64,000 nt of DNA from Cyanophora paradoxa CCMP329 (GCA_004431415.1 QPMI01000441.1:1-64000), one strand, 5' to 3'; numbered from the stretch's first letter, positions 1 through 9,750 are shown. Notes: generated by a model from the letters alone, not told the origin. Numbers and translations: made by a program.

Positions 1-278
1 GGCCGAAGGCGTGGTCGTGGGTCTCGGGTTGACTCGCGCTGTGGAGCGCCGGCGGGGGGTCGCGGTCTGCGGTTGCGGCGGCTCCTGGGTCGCGCCTCGG
101 TGCCTTTGTTACAGATATTGGAAAATATACAATTACAGTTATGGGTATCAGAACAGATATAGCTGCTGTCTCAGCTCTAAGAGGTGTTACTCCTGATACT
201 CTTTCTCAAACAGGGTTTTACCAGGAACCAGATGTGATTGATAACCCAACCCATAAATTATATATTACTTTAATGTAA

Positions 279-1102
279 ATGGCTGCCCAGTAGAGCGAAT
301 TATTACACCCCAACTCTCATTAGCAGCACCTGCAAATCACGTTTTGCAGCATGCTACTTTTGATGATGTAGAAGGTCTCCAATCCACAGAAGTACAACCT
401 ACAATGAATACCTTTGGTTCCACCCATAAACTGAGATTGCAGGAACTCAGATGTGATAAAAATAATGGTATAGTTAAGACAACGAAACTCCTTGTGACAA
501 ATGCGAACTTTTCTGCCCATTATGGAGACCCAGACAGTTATGGTGATCCTCTTTCTACTTATTCTTTTGAATCTCGGTCGGGAGCTATTAACTGCAAAAC
601 GGGGGGAGCATATATTGGTGATGGTCTTCGGATTGGTGGAGCTGTTGGTGCGCCTCTTTTCGTAAATGATCAACCAATCCCATTGATCCAACACCAGAAT
701 TCGCACCTATGTCCCCAGTATGAATGCACCATATATTATCAAGATCTTCCAATTGTTGTGAATGAGCAGACATCAGTAGTTGATTCTCTTGTTGAGATTG
801 GTGACCACTACAAGGTGGTCGTGGATATTCCACCAGATGTTTATGCTGTCTGTCAAGTAGAGGGTGGAACCCCAAATATTGCAGTTGTAATCACTCCATA
901 TGACAATTTCGGGATTGCTTATCATGGAGTGAATTTCGGTCTTGAAGATTACCAGTTTTTGGTGAGAGCCACCAGATTTGGTATCTACAAATGCATTCTC
1001 TATGCTGAGAGAACCGATGCTATTGCAAGACAGAATACATATGCAGAATATTACGGCACAAATCGATACTTCCCCATTTTCGGGCAGGATACTGCTCCAT
1101 AG
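279..1102 (+). CDS. Fibre-like paralog 1 (left copy; 1-nt frameshift near the start)
   Basis: The ATG at 279 matches MAAP.. of the right copy and the frame joins ORF 344..1102. Shares ELRCDKNxGxVKTT and GGAYIG motifs with paralogs at 7562-10797. The C-terminus (VVITPYDNFG...ILYAERTD) resembles phage-fibre C-terminal domains. Confidence 0.7.
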
Positions 1103-1127
1103 AAATCTCAGGTATATATAGAGAGGA

Positions 1128-1399
1128 ATGGATGATAAAACAAAGAAATTCATAGAATCTGCAATGATGGTTCATGGTGATGCTAAATTCGATTATAGTG
1201 AGACAGTGTATAAGAAAGCACAAGAGAAGGTCTCTGTTAGATGCCTTAAATGCAACAAGATCCTCCAAACCTACCCATTTAATCATGTAAGGGAAGTGGA
1301 TGCAGAGAGTGCAACAAGAAATCCTCTCATGCTTACAGAAAAAAGACTACATCAGGAATTGTGATAGATGATAAACCAGTGGTACTGTACTTTGATTAG
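1128..1399 (+). CDS. DUF723-like zinc-ribbon protein (left copy, frameshifted; intact copy at 6401..6673)
   Basis: FDYSETVY..VSVRCLKC..PFNHVRGSGCREC pattern, typical of viral endonuclease-associated Zn repeats. Confidence 0.65.
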
Positions 1400-1545
1400 A
1401 TCTTTGAGAGAGAAATGAGGATCTTTCCCCATTTTCCCTTTGTGATTATGCATGTGTCAAAGCAGTTTGGACAGGTCTTGTGGTAGTGCAGCAGAATGAT
1501 ATCCACCAACTCATAAGGTAGCACTCTTGCTAAGATGGTTCGCAT
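1396..1545 (-). CDS. 49-aa micro-ORF with an F-box-like LPYELVDIIL motif and CxxC
   Basis: Manual translation MRTILARVLPYELVDIILLHYHKTCPNCFDTC... It fills the gap between two genes and is intact in both arms. Confidence 0.4.
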   Translation of the reverse strand: MRTILARVLPYELVDIILLHYHKTCPNCFDTCIITKGKWGKILISLSKI

Positions 1546-1585
1546 TCTACCAATCGCGTTTTTAATTTTTCTAAATTATTCATAA

Positions 1586-1987
1586 ATGAATACTCATCGA
1601 GGCTTCCATGTGATGCTGGATTACAAATTCAGAACCCAATTAGCAGTAGGAGTGGAAGACTTGGAGACAACGACCAGGTGGTTAATGCAGTTCTTACAAA
1701 CTATTATTCAAGAGCAAGGTATTCGAGTAGTTCACAAGCATTGCGAGATTTTCGATGGTGGTATTTCTCCTCCTGGTTTTGCAATGGTTCTTCTGCTGGA
1801 TGAGAGCCACTGCACTGCTCATTGTTACTCAAATGAAGGTATGCTGGCGATTGATATATTCAGTTGTGGATTAGAAGCAGAGAGAAAAACCACGAGAGTA
1901 TCTCATGAGATAGATGAGAGAATAACAGGTGTGTTTTCAGGGTTGGAGAAATCGGAGAAACATAGAGTATTGCGATTTCCGAGTTAG
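1586..1987 (+). CDS. speD: S-adenosylmethionine decarboxylase proenzyme, prokaryotic class (pyruvoyl-dependent)
   Basis: GxH near the N-terminus, PPGF..VLLLDESHCTAH (ESH self-cleavage motif) and AIDIFSCG; 133 aa. Confidence 0.88.
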   Translation: MNTHRGFHVMLDYKFRTQLAVGVEDLETTTRWLMQFLQTIIQEQGIRVVHKHCEIFDGGISPPGFAMVLLLDESHCTAHCYSNEGMLAIDIFSCGLEAERKTTRVSHEIDERITGVFSGLEKSEKHRVLRFPS

Positions 1988-2044
1988 TTGACACTGAGAA
2001 ATTCAGAATTTCAGATGGTCTTACTGAAAATGGTCAGATAATCG

Positions 2045-2470
2045 GGTGTGACACCTATTTAATTGACTGTGACGCCTGTGACAGGTGTGACACCTATTTT
2101 CAAACTTTTTAAAATTCTCACAAATTACAGACTTCTGAAAAACACCTGTCACACCTGTCACACCCGTCACACCCAATTAACAAAAGACTCTATTTCTTAC
2201 TGAGATATTCAAGAATTTATTGTTGTCTTACTGAAAACAGTCTATGTGACAGGTGTGACACCTTCAAAATCCACCCAACAATAGTCGATTTCATGAATAC
2301 CTTTCTGTCTTACTGAAAATGGTAAGGAGACCAGGTGTGACAGGTAGTTTAATTGAGTGTGACAGGTGTGACAGGTGTGACACCTATTTTCAAACTTTCT
2401 AAATTTTTCAAAAATGACAGACTTCTGAAAACACCTGTCACACCTGTCACACCTGTCACACCTGTCACAG
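2045..2470. repeat. Subterminal array of 9-bp units (GTGTGACAG / CACACCTGT) in convergent clusters around AT-rich spacers
   Basis: Two similar blocks (~2045-2175 and ~2333-2470), each with GTGACA repeats, an AT-rich core and TGTCAC repeats. Mirrored at ~5340-5755. Confidence 0.9.
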
Positions 2471-2581
2471 ACATTCTACCCCTCTTACTGACTTTCTCAA
2501 AAACAAATATATCTATTACTGAATATCATTTGAATACTACCTGTCACACTTGAATTCAATTATTCTGTTTATAGAACATAT

Positions 2582-2850
2582 GCAATCTAATCGATTGTTC
2601 AATTGGAGACCATGCAACTCTGTGACACTTTTTCGATCTAAAATATAAATCCGCAATCTCATCGATTGTTTAATTGGACATAATGCAGTTCCGATATATT
2701 CCAATAGAAAATCCCGCAATCTAATCGATTGTTTAATGGGAGATAATGCAACTCTGTGACACTTTTTCGGTGCAAAAATGTACATCAGCAATCTCATCGA
2801 TTGTTCAATTGGACACAATGCAACTCTGTGACACTTTTTGCGTTTTTCGA
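2582..2850. repeat. Four ~65-72-bp tandem repeats (GCAATCTmATCGATTGTTyAATTGG...ATGCA)
   Basis: Units start near 2582, 2653, 2716 and 2788. Mirrored at ~4960-5228. Confidence 0.9.
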
Positions 2851-3159
2851 TACAGAATGGGCGGTGGTCTACTTCAATACATGAGAGATATATCGAGTTT
2901 ATGCGAATTTATGCAATTTAATCGCAATTATATCGATCTTTAAGCAGTTTAATGTTAATCTATCGCAGATTTGTATGTAAACAACAAAGTACATAATCAA
3001 TCGATATAAGATCAATTGAATCTATCGAAGTTTAATCGAAAATATGCATTTTGGTAAACGCGTTTTCATTTTTAATACAAAGTTTGCATTATTTTATACA
3101 AAGTTTGCATAAAAAGTTTAAGAAATTAATCGAAAAATATGTATTTTAGTATTAAATTA

Positions 3160-3254
3160 ACACATATTGAAAAACGAATTTAAATCCAGAGTGAATCGAG
3201 ATCGCGAAGCGATCGAGATGAACGAGGGATTTAAATTCGTTTTTCAATATGTGT
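3160..3254 (+). other. 95-nt fold-back (hairpin) terminus of the element, left copy
   Basis: ACACATATTGAAAAACGAATTTAAATCC (3160-3187) pairs perfectly with 3227-3254. The 39-nt tip pairs with only G.A mismatches and a GAA loop. Confidence 0.9.
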
Positions 3255-4554
3255 AACCTGGTCTTGGGATAAATTCGATGAAGCCCTGAAATCCGGTAAA
3301 TATACTGCTTGGGGCATTCTCGCTCGTAATATCCTGGTAATTGACTTCGACCAAGAGGAGGATTTCGCCAAATTCGAGGAGCAATTCCCTGATGATTTCG
3401 GTGGTGTTAATCCTCTTGCTAAAACCAAAAAAGGATATCATGCATTCTTCGCTCGACCTGCTGAATTCGACACCATTAAGATCTGGGATAAAGCGGGTGC
3501 ATTCAAAGGAAACCCCAAGATCGACTGCAAAACGATTGCATCCACTGGGACTGCTGGGGTGATTAATGTTTGCCCCAGTCCCAACAAAACATGGATCAGA
3601 GAGCCATGGGCATCTGAGTGTGAGTTAAATGAACCCACTGCTGAGTTGCAAAAGTGGATTGTTGAAAACTACGAATTCCCCAAAGGTGCACATTCTTATT
3701 ATGCAAGGTGCGCTGAGGAGAATTTGCAGAAACATATTCTTTCTAAACTCGAAGAATTCGGTTTCATCTTGCCCACAATCATCAATGAGACCAAGATGGG
3801 ATACAATTTCACTGCTGAGAACAAAGGTCTGGTCTGTCCCTGCTGCAAGGGAAGCCATGACTCAAACAATTGGTATATTATTCAAGGGAAGGAGAAAGAC
3901 AAGTACATTGTTTCGAGTTACAGTGCAAACTGCAAGAAGCGAAGCATCACTGTTCGTGTGAAGGAAGAGACAGATGTGAAGATCGAAAATCTGATTGATC
4001 GGTCTGCTGGATCTGATGGTGCCCATTATGATGTTGCACAGGTTGCCTATCTTGTTCTGCAAGACAAATACAAGTATTCCAACAAGACCTGGTTCAAGTT
4101 CAATGATATATGTGGGATTTGGGAGTTGGATGAAACTGGGAAGCGAATCTTTCTCTGTTTGAGCTGCAAGGTCTGTCCAGTTTATCTTCAACGTTCTGTT
4201 CAACTCGCACAGAGAGCTCTTCGTGATGAAGAGAACCGCAATTCCTTGGAGGAAAGGTCAAAGATTCTGCTGGGAATTGCTAAGAGCCTCAAACAGACTA
4301 CATACAGAACTGCACTTATGTCTGATCTTTCAGTTCTGTTCAGTGACAAGACCTTTTTCGAGAGACTTGATACTGTTCCCAACATCATAGGATTCACAAA
4401 TGGTGTATTTGACTTGAACTCCATGACTTTTCGACAGGGACTCCCAGATGATATGGTGAGCAAGACTGTTGGCTACGATTATACCACAGAAATCGACCAA
4501 GAGAAGGTTGCAAAGATTAAGTCCATCTATGCAGATATTATTGAATCGGATACA
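3255..4554 (+). pseudogene. Internal fragment of a Prim-Pol (AEP) / Zn-ribbon / D5_N primase-helicase gene, cut at both ends
   Basis: The frame is open upstream of the called ORF 3559..4578 and contains WGILARNILVIDFD, TKKGYH and IDCK..GVINVCPS, then CPCC..H..C and the D5_N-like IGFTNGVFDL..FRQGLPDDMVSKTVGYDY. There is no start codon and the helicase P-loop is absent. Confidence 0.85.
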
Positions 4555-4649
4555 ACACATATTGAAAAACGAATTTAAATCCCTCGTTCATCTCGATCGC
4601 TTCGCGATCTCGATTCACTCTGGATTTAAATTCGTTTTTCAATATGTGT
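4555..4649 (-). other. 95-nt fold-back terminus, right copy
   Basis: Exact reverse complement of 3160-3254. Confidence 0.9.
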
Positions 4650-5812
4650 TAATTTAATACTAAAATACATATTTTTCGATTAATTTCTTAAACTTTTTAT
4701 GCAAACTTTGTATAAAATAATGCAAACTTTGTATTAAAAATGAAAACGCGTTTACCAAAATGCATATTTTCGATTAAACTTCGATAGATTCAATTGATCT
4801 TATATCGATTGATTATGTACTTTGTTGTTTACATACAAATCTGCGATAGATTAACATTAAACTGCTTAAAGATCGATATAATTGCGATTAAATTGCATAA
4901 ATTCGCATAAACTCGATATATCTCTCATGTATTGAAGTAGACCACCGCCCATTCTGTATCGAAAAACGCAAAAAGTGTCACAGAGTTGCATTGTGTCCAA
5001 TTGAACAATCGATGAGATTGCTGATGTACATTTTTGCACCGAAAAAGTGTCACAGAGTTGCATTATCTCCCATTAAACAATCGATTAGATTGCGGGATTT
5101 TCTATTGGAATATATCGGAACTGCATTATGTCCAATTAAACAATCGATGAGATTGCGGATTTATATTTTAGATCGAAAAAGTGTCACAGAGTTGCATGGT
5201 CTCCAATTGAACAATCGATTAGATTGCATATGTTCTATAAAACAGAATAATTGAATTCAAGTGTGACAGGTAGTATTCAAATGATATTCAGTAATAGATA
5301 TATTTGTTTTTGAGAAAGTCAGTAAGAGGGGTAGAATGTCTGTGACAGGTGTGACAGGTGTGACAGGTGTTTTCAGAAGTCTGTCATTTTTGAAAAATTT
5401 AGAAAGTTTGAAAATAGGTGTCACACCTGTCACACCTGTCACACTCAATTAAACTACCTGTCACACCTGGTCTCCTTACCATTTTCAGTAAGACAGAAAG
5501 GTATTCATGAAATCGACTATTGTTGGGTGGATTTTGAAGGTGTCACACCTGTCACATAGACTGTTTTCAGTAAGACAACAATAAATTCTTGAATATCTCA
5601 GTAAGAAATAGAGTCTTTTGTTAATTGGGTGTGACGGGTGTGACAGGTGTGACAGGTGTTTTCAGAAGTCTGTAATTTGTGAGAATTTTAAAAAGTTTGA
5701 AAATAGGTGTCACACCTGTCACAGGCGTCACAGTCAATTAAATAGGTGTCACACCCGATTATCTGACCATTTTCAGTAAGACCATCTGAAATTCTGAATT
5801 TCTCAGTGTCAA

Positions 5813-6214
5813 CTAACTCGGAAATCGCAATACTCTATGTTTCTCCGATTTCTCCAACCCTGAAAACACACCTGTTATTCTCTCATCTATCTCATGAGAT
5901 ACTCTCGTGGTTTTTCTCTCTGCTTCTAATCCACAACTGAATATATCAATCGCCAGCATACCTTCATTTGAGTAACAATGAGCAGTGCAGTGGCTCTCAT
6001 CCAGCAGAAGAACCATTGCAAAACCAGGAGGAGAAATACCACCATCGAAAATCTCGCAATGCTTGTGAACTACTCGAATACCTTGCTCTTGAATAATAGT
6101 TTGTAAGAACTGCATTAACCACCTGGTCGTTGTCTCCAAGTCTTCCACTCCTACTGCTAATTGGGTTCTGAATTTGTAATCCAGCATCATATGGAAGCCT
6201 CGATGAGTATTCAT
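5813..6214 (-). CDS. speD: S-adenosylmethionine decarboxylase proenzyme (right copy)
   Basis: Identical to 1586..1987 except V9M. Confidence 0.88.
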   Translation of the reverse strand: MNTHRGFHMMLDYKFRTQLAVGVEDLETTTRWLMQFLQTIIQEQGIRVVHKHCEIFDGGISPPGFAMVLLLDESHCTAHCYSNEGMLAIDIFSCGLEAERKTTRVSHEIDERITGVFSGLEKSEKHRVLRFPS

Positions 6215-6254
6215 TTATGAATAATTTAGAAAAATTAAAAACGCGATTGGTAGA

Positions 6255-6404
6255 ATGCGAACCATCTTAGCAAGAGTGCTACCTTATGAGTTGGTGGATA
6301 TCATTCTGCTGCACTACCACAAGACCTGTCCAAACTGCTTTGACACATGCATAATCACAAAGGGAAAATGGGGAAAGATCCTCATTTCTCTCTCAAAGAT
6401 CTAA
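6255..6404 (+). CDS. 49-aa F-box-like micro-ORF (right copy)
   Basis: Mirror of 1396..1545. Confidence 0.4.
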   Translation: MRTILARVLPYELVDIILLHYHKTCPNCFDTCIITKGKWGKILISLSKI

Positions 6405-6673
6405 TCAAAGTACAGTACCACTGGTTTATCATCTATCACAATTCCTGATGTAGTCTTTTTTCTGTAAGCATGAGAGGATTTCTTGTTGCACTCTCTGCAT
6501 CCACTTCCCCTTACATGATTAAATGGGTAGGTTTGGAGGATCTTGTTGCATTTAAGGCATCTAACAGAGACCTTCTCTTGTGCTTTCTTATACACTGTCT
6601 CACTATAATCGAATTTAGCATCACCATGAACCATCATTGCAGATTCTATGAATTTCTTTGTTTTATCATCCAT
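6401..6673 (-). CDS. DUF723-like zinc-ribbon protein (intact, 90 aa)
   Basis: FDYSETVYKKAQEKVSVRCLKC...NHVRGSGCREC. Confidence 0.7.
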   Translation of the reverse strand: MDDKTKKFIESAMMVHGDAKFDYSETVYKKAQEKVSVRCLKCNKILQTYPFNHVRGSGCRECNKKSSHAYRKKTTSGIVIDDKPVVLYFD

Positions 6674-6698
6674 TCCTCTCTATATATACCTGAGATTT

Positions 6699-7518
6699 CT
6701 ATGGAGCAGTATCCTGCCCGAAAATGGGGAAGTATCGATTTGTGCCGTAATATTCTGCATATGTATTCTGTCTTGCAATAGCATCGGTTCTCTCAGCATA
6801 GAGAATGCATTTGTAGATACCAAATCTGGTGGCTCTCACCAAAACTGGTAATCTTCAAGACCGAAATTCACTCCATGATAAGCAATCCGAAATTGTCATA
6901 TGGAGTGATTACAACTGCAATATTTGGGGTTCCACCCTCTACTTGACAGACAGCATAAACATCTGGTGGAATATCCACGACCACCTTGTAGTGGTCACCA
7001 ATCTCAACAAGAGAATCAACTACTGATGTCTGCTCATTCACAACAATTGGGAAGATCTTGATAATATATGGTGCATTCATACTGGGACATAGGTGCGAAT
7101 TCTGTGTTGGGATCAATGGGTTGGGTTGATCATTACGAAAGAGGCGCACCAACAGCTCCACCAATCCGAAGACCATCACCAATATATGCTCCCCCGTTTT
7201 GCAGTTAATAGCTCCCGACCGAGATTCAAAAGAATAAGTAGAAAGAGGATCACCATAACTGTCTGGGTCTCCATAATGGGCAGAAAAGTTCGCATTTGTC
7301 ACAAGGAGTTTCGTTGTCTTAACTATACCATTATTTTTATCACATCTGAGTTCCTGCAATCTCAGTTTATGGGTGGAACCAAAGGTATTCATTGTAGGTT
7401 GTACTTCTGTGGATTGGAGACCTTCTACATCATCAAAAGTAGCATGCTGCAAAACGTGATTTGCAGGTGCTGCTAATGAGAGTTGGGGTGTAATAATTCG
7501 CTCTACTGGGGCAGCCAT
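6699..7518 (-). CDS. Fibre-like paralog 1 (right copy; several frameshifts)
   Basis: Mirror of 279..1102. It has the intact N-terminus MAAPVERIITPQLS, while the indels lie elsewhere. Confidence 0.7.
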
Positions 7519-7561
7519 TTTACATTAAAGTAATATATAATTTATGGGGTTGGGTTATCAA

Positions 7562-8386
7562 TCACATCTGGTTCCTGTAAAACCCTGTTTGAGAAAGAGT
7601 ATCAGGAGTAACACCTCTTAGAGCTGAGACAGCAGCTATATCTGTTCTGATACCCATAACTGTAATTGTATATTTTCCAATATCTGTAACAAACAGATCA
7701 TAGGTGAAATTGTTATTATAAACACAGAACCCTGTGCCGAAATGATCATATCCTTGAACACTGAAATTGTATCTGTGACCTGGCTGGTTATTGTTGGCTC
7801 TACATAAAGAAAGCATTGCAGAAGGAATGACCAGCCCTCTCATTACTCTTTTGGTTCCTTCAATCAATTCAGAGTTTTCAAGTGTGACAGTATAACCTTG
7901 GTAAAATTGAATAATTGGCTGTTGTGCAACTGGTATATATAATCGAATTCGTTGTGGGTCTTCAACATTCTGTTCAAGAGTATCTGGGACATCATTGTAT
8001 GCAATTGATGAGGAGAGTTGACCTGAAACTCTGCAACCACCACCAATAAATGCTCCACCTGATCTCACAGTTACAGCAGCAGAATTCTTATCGAAATCCA
8101 GGGCTTTCAGATCAACACTGTAAGCATCAGGACCTCCATTTGTAGGCTGGAAAAAGTTAGCATTTGTGACAAGAAGTCGAGTTGTTTTAACCACACCTGA
8201 ATTCTTATCAGCTCTCAGCTCTTTAACTCGAATAATCGAATTTTTATCAAAGGAGTTACCATTGGAATTGGGTCTCTCTGTGGATTCTAAACCACGAACC
8301 TCATCATTAACTTCATGCTGGCGAAAGTGCATTGCAGGGGATCCAAGGGAATATATTGGAAGTTGAACTCGATTATATTCACCCAT
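7562..8386 (-). CDS. Fibre-like paralog 2
   Basis: Likely start MGEYNR. Contains ELRADKNSGVVKTTRLLVTNANF and SGGAFIG, with a C-terminal GYDHFG...VMGIRTD resembling paralog 1. Its 3' end is also present at 105-236. Confidence 0.75.
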   Translation of the reverse strand: MGEYNRVQLPIYSLGSPAMHFRQHEVNDEVRGLESTERPNSNGNSFDKNSIIRVKELRADKNSGVVKTTRLLVTNANFFQPTNGGPDAYSVDLKALDFDKNSAAVTVRSGGAFIGGGCRVSGQLSSSIAYNDVPDTLEQNVEDPQRIRLYIPVAQQPIIQFYQGYTVTLENSELIEGTKRVMRGLVIPSAMLSLCRANNNQPGHRYNFSVQGYDHFGTGFCVYNNNFTYDLFVTDIGKYTITVMGIRTDIAAVSALRGVTPDTLSQTGFYRNQM

Positions 8387-8424
8387 TGCTTCTTTTACTA
8401 AGAAGGAAAGAAAAATAATGTACA

Positions 8425-8688
8425 CTACTCTTCTGTGACATTATTATACTCGATACCTTTCTTTACAGTTCCCCTTTGGAATGCCTGTAATACAATCGCT
8501 TCCTTTGAGGTTGGTATCTGAACTCCTGATGAGATGCAAGATTGGATCTCTTTCTGAACAATCTCATCAATTGCGATTCTTGCCCTGTTGTGGGCAGCAT
8601 TATCAATCCAGTCCTGAACAGAAGCAGCGCAATATTCCATTCCCAACTTTTCGGTATCAGTCAGAACTACTTGGTATATATTCGACAT
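8425..8688 (-). CDS. Small phage-like fibre-associated protein (87 aa)
   Basis: LTDTEK.GMEY.A.SVQDWIDNA.HNRARIA.DEI resembles small proteins I recall next to C1q-type fibre genes in marine phages. Recognised from memory, not searched. Confidence 0.6.
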   Translation of the reverse strand: MSNIYQVVLTDTEKLGMEYCAASVQDWIDNAAHNRARIAIDEIVQKEIQSCISSGVQIPTSKEAIVLQAFQRGTVKKGIEYNNVTEE

Positions 8689-8707
8689 TCTAAACTACTT
8701 GTAGAAA

Positions 8708-9728
8708 TTAAATTATGCTCAGCAATTCGCCACTAAACGTTGTGAATTCTGAAATGGAAGTATCAACAGCATAAATAGAGACATTATCCCGGCTCCAAGT
8801 CTGAGTATTGCGCTCAAAATGATTGTTTTGTTGGTTACTGTTTGTGAGTTGTTTACCCTGAAATTGAATTCTGTTGAAACATTCTGATCATTTACTTTCA
8901 GATCTACACTCACAGATGAGGTAACAATACTATAAGAATTAAGAGAGAATCTATAATCTCCACTTATAGGCGCTGTGAATTTCCCTTCTACTACATCAAA
9001 TGAGTTGGTATTATCAAAGAATTCATGCAACCAATTAGTAAGACGCCCATATACTCCACTTCTTGTTGCTACACCAAACCCAACACAAAATCGAGGTTGG
9101 GTTTCTTGCTTCAAATAAAAGTTTGCTGCGATTGTAAGACCCCCTGCATCAATTCGTGCGACTTCTGTGCTATTGCGTTTCAGAATGAGATCTACATTTG
9201 CTCCTGTATCTATTTCAGGTGTTTGAATCTTTGTGGTTGTGGTCATCACAGGGACTGTATAAGTAGGAACAAAAAGACCACCATTTGCATTCACAACACC
9301 TGTAAATGTCGTTGGCCTGAAATTGAGACGTTTGCAGCTGAGAGTGTTCCATTCACAAAAGCTCCCGAACCTATCCATGCTCCACCTGATTTAACTACAA
9401 GTGCTGCATTATTTTCTGTCCCATCAAAAGTAACAATCTGTGGTGTGGTCACCCCACCTGCATCATCATAAATAGCTGCATCAGCAACTACACCACCTGT
9501 TAACACCTGATTCTTGTTACTTACGATTAATTGTGTGGTTCTTATTTTTCCAGCATTTCTATCACATCGAATCTCCTTGCATCTGATAATCGAATTTTGA
9601 GTAAACGAATCTGCTCCTGTGGTTTCTGTGCAAATAAACCCGGGAATAGCATCTGTAACTGTGTGGTTCAGTTGATGCAATTTAGGTGCTGCATAACAGA
9701 AAACAGGAACTGCAATTTGGGTAGCCAT
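8708..9728 (-). CDS. Fibre-like paralog 3 with a C1q-like C-terminal domain (split by frameshifts into ORFs 9291..9728 and 8719..9378)
   Basis: N-terminal EIRCDRNAGKIRTT and ALVVKSGGAWIG; C-terminal FDNTNSFD...GKFTAPISGDYRFS. Confidence 0.75.
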
Positions 9729-9750
9729 CTATAAATTCCCAACAAAAAGT

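Larger units (their letters stand above)
105..3254 (+). repeat. Left arm of a ~3.15-kb inverted duplication (partner 4555-7693)
   Basis: TTTGTTACAGATATTGG at 105 is the reverse complement of the sequence ending at 7693. ORFs are mirrored (1586..1987 vs 5813..6214; 2746..2943 vs 4866..5063). Confidence 0.97.
4555..7693 (-). repeat. Right arm of the inverted duplication; this copy continues into unique element sequence to ~13390
   Basis: Reverse complement of 105-3254 apart from a few indels, substitutions and one 9-bp repeat unit. Confidence 0.97.

Noticed and set aside
2353-2818. ORFs 2353..2553 and 2537..2818 and their mirrors
   Set aside because: They are translations of the repeat arrays (VTPVTP), with non-ATG starts.
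2582-2850. CRISPR-like repeat-spacer array
   Set aside because: Units are degenerate tandem repeats with short related linkers rather than unique spacers; no cas genes.
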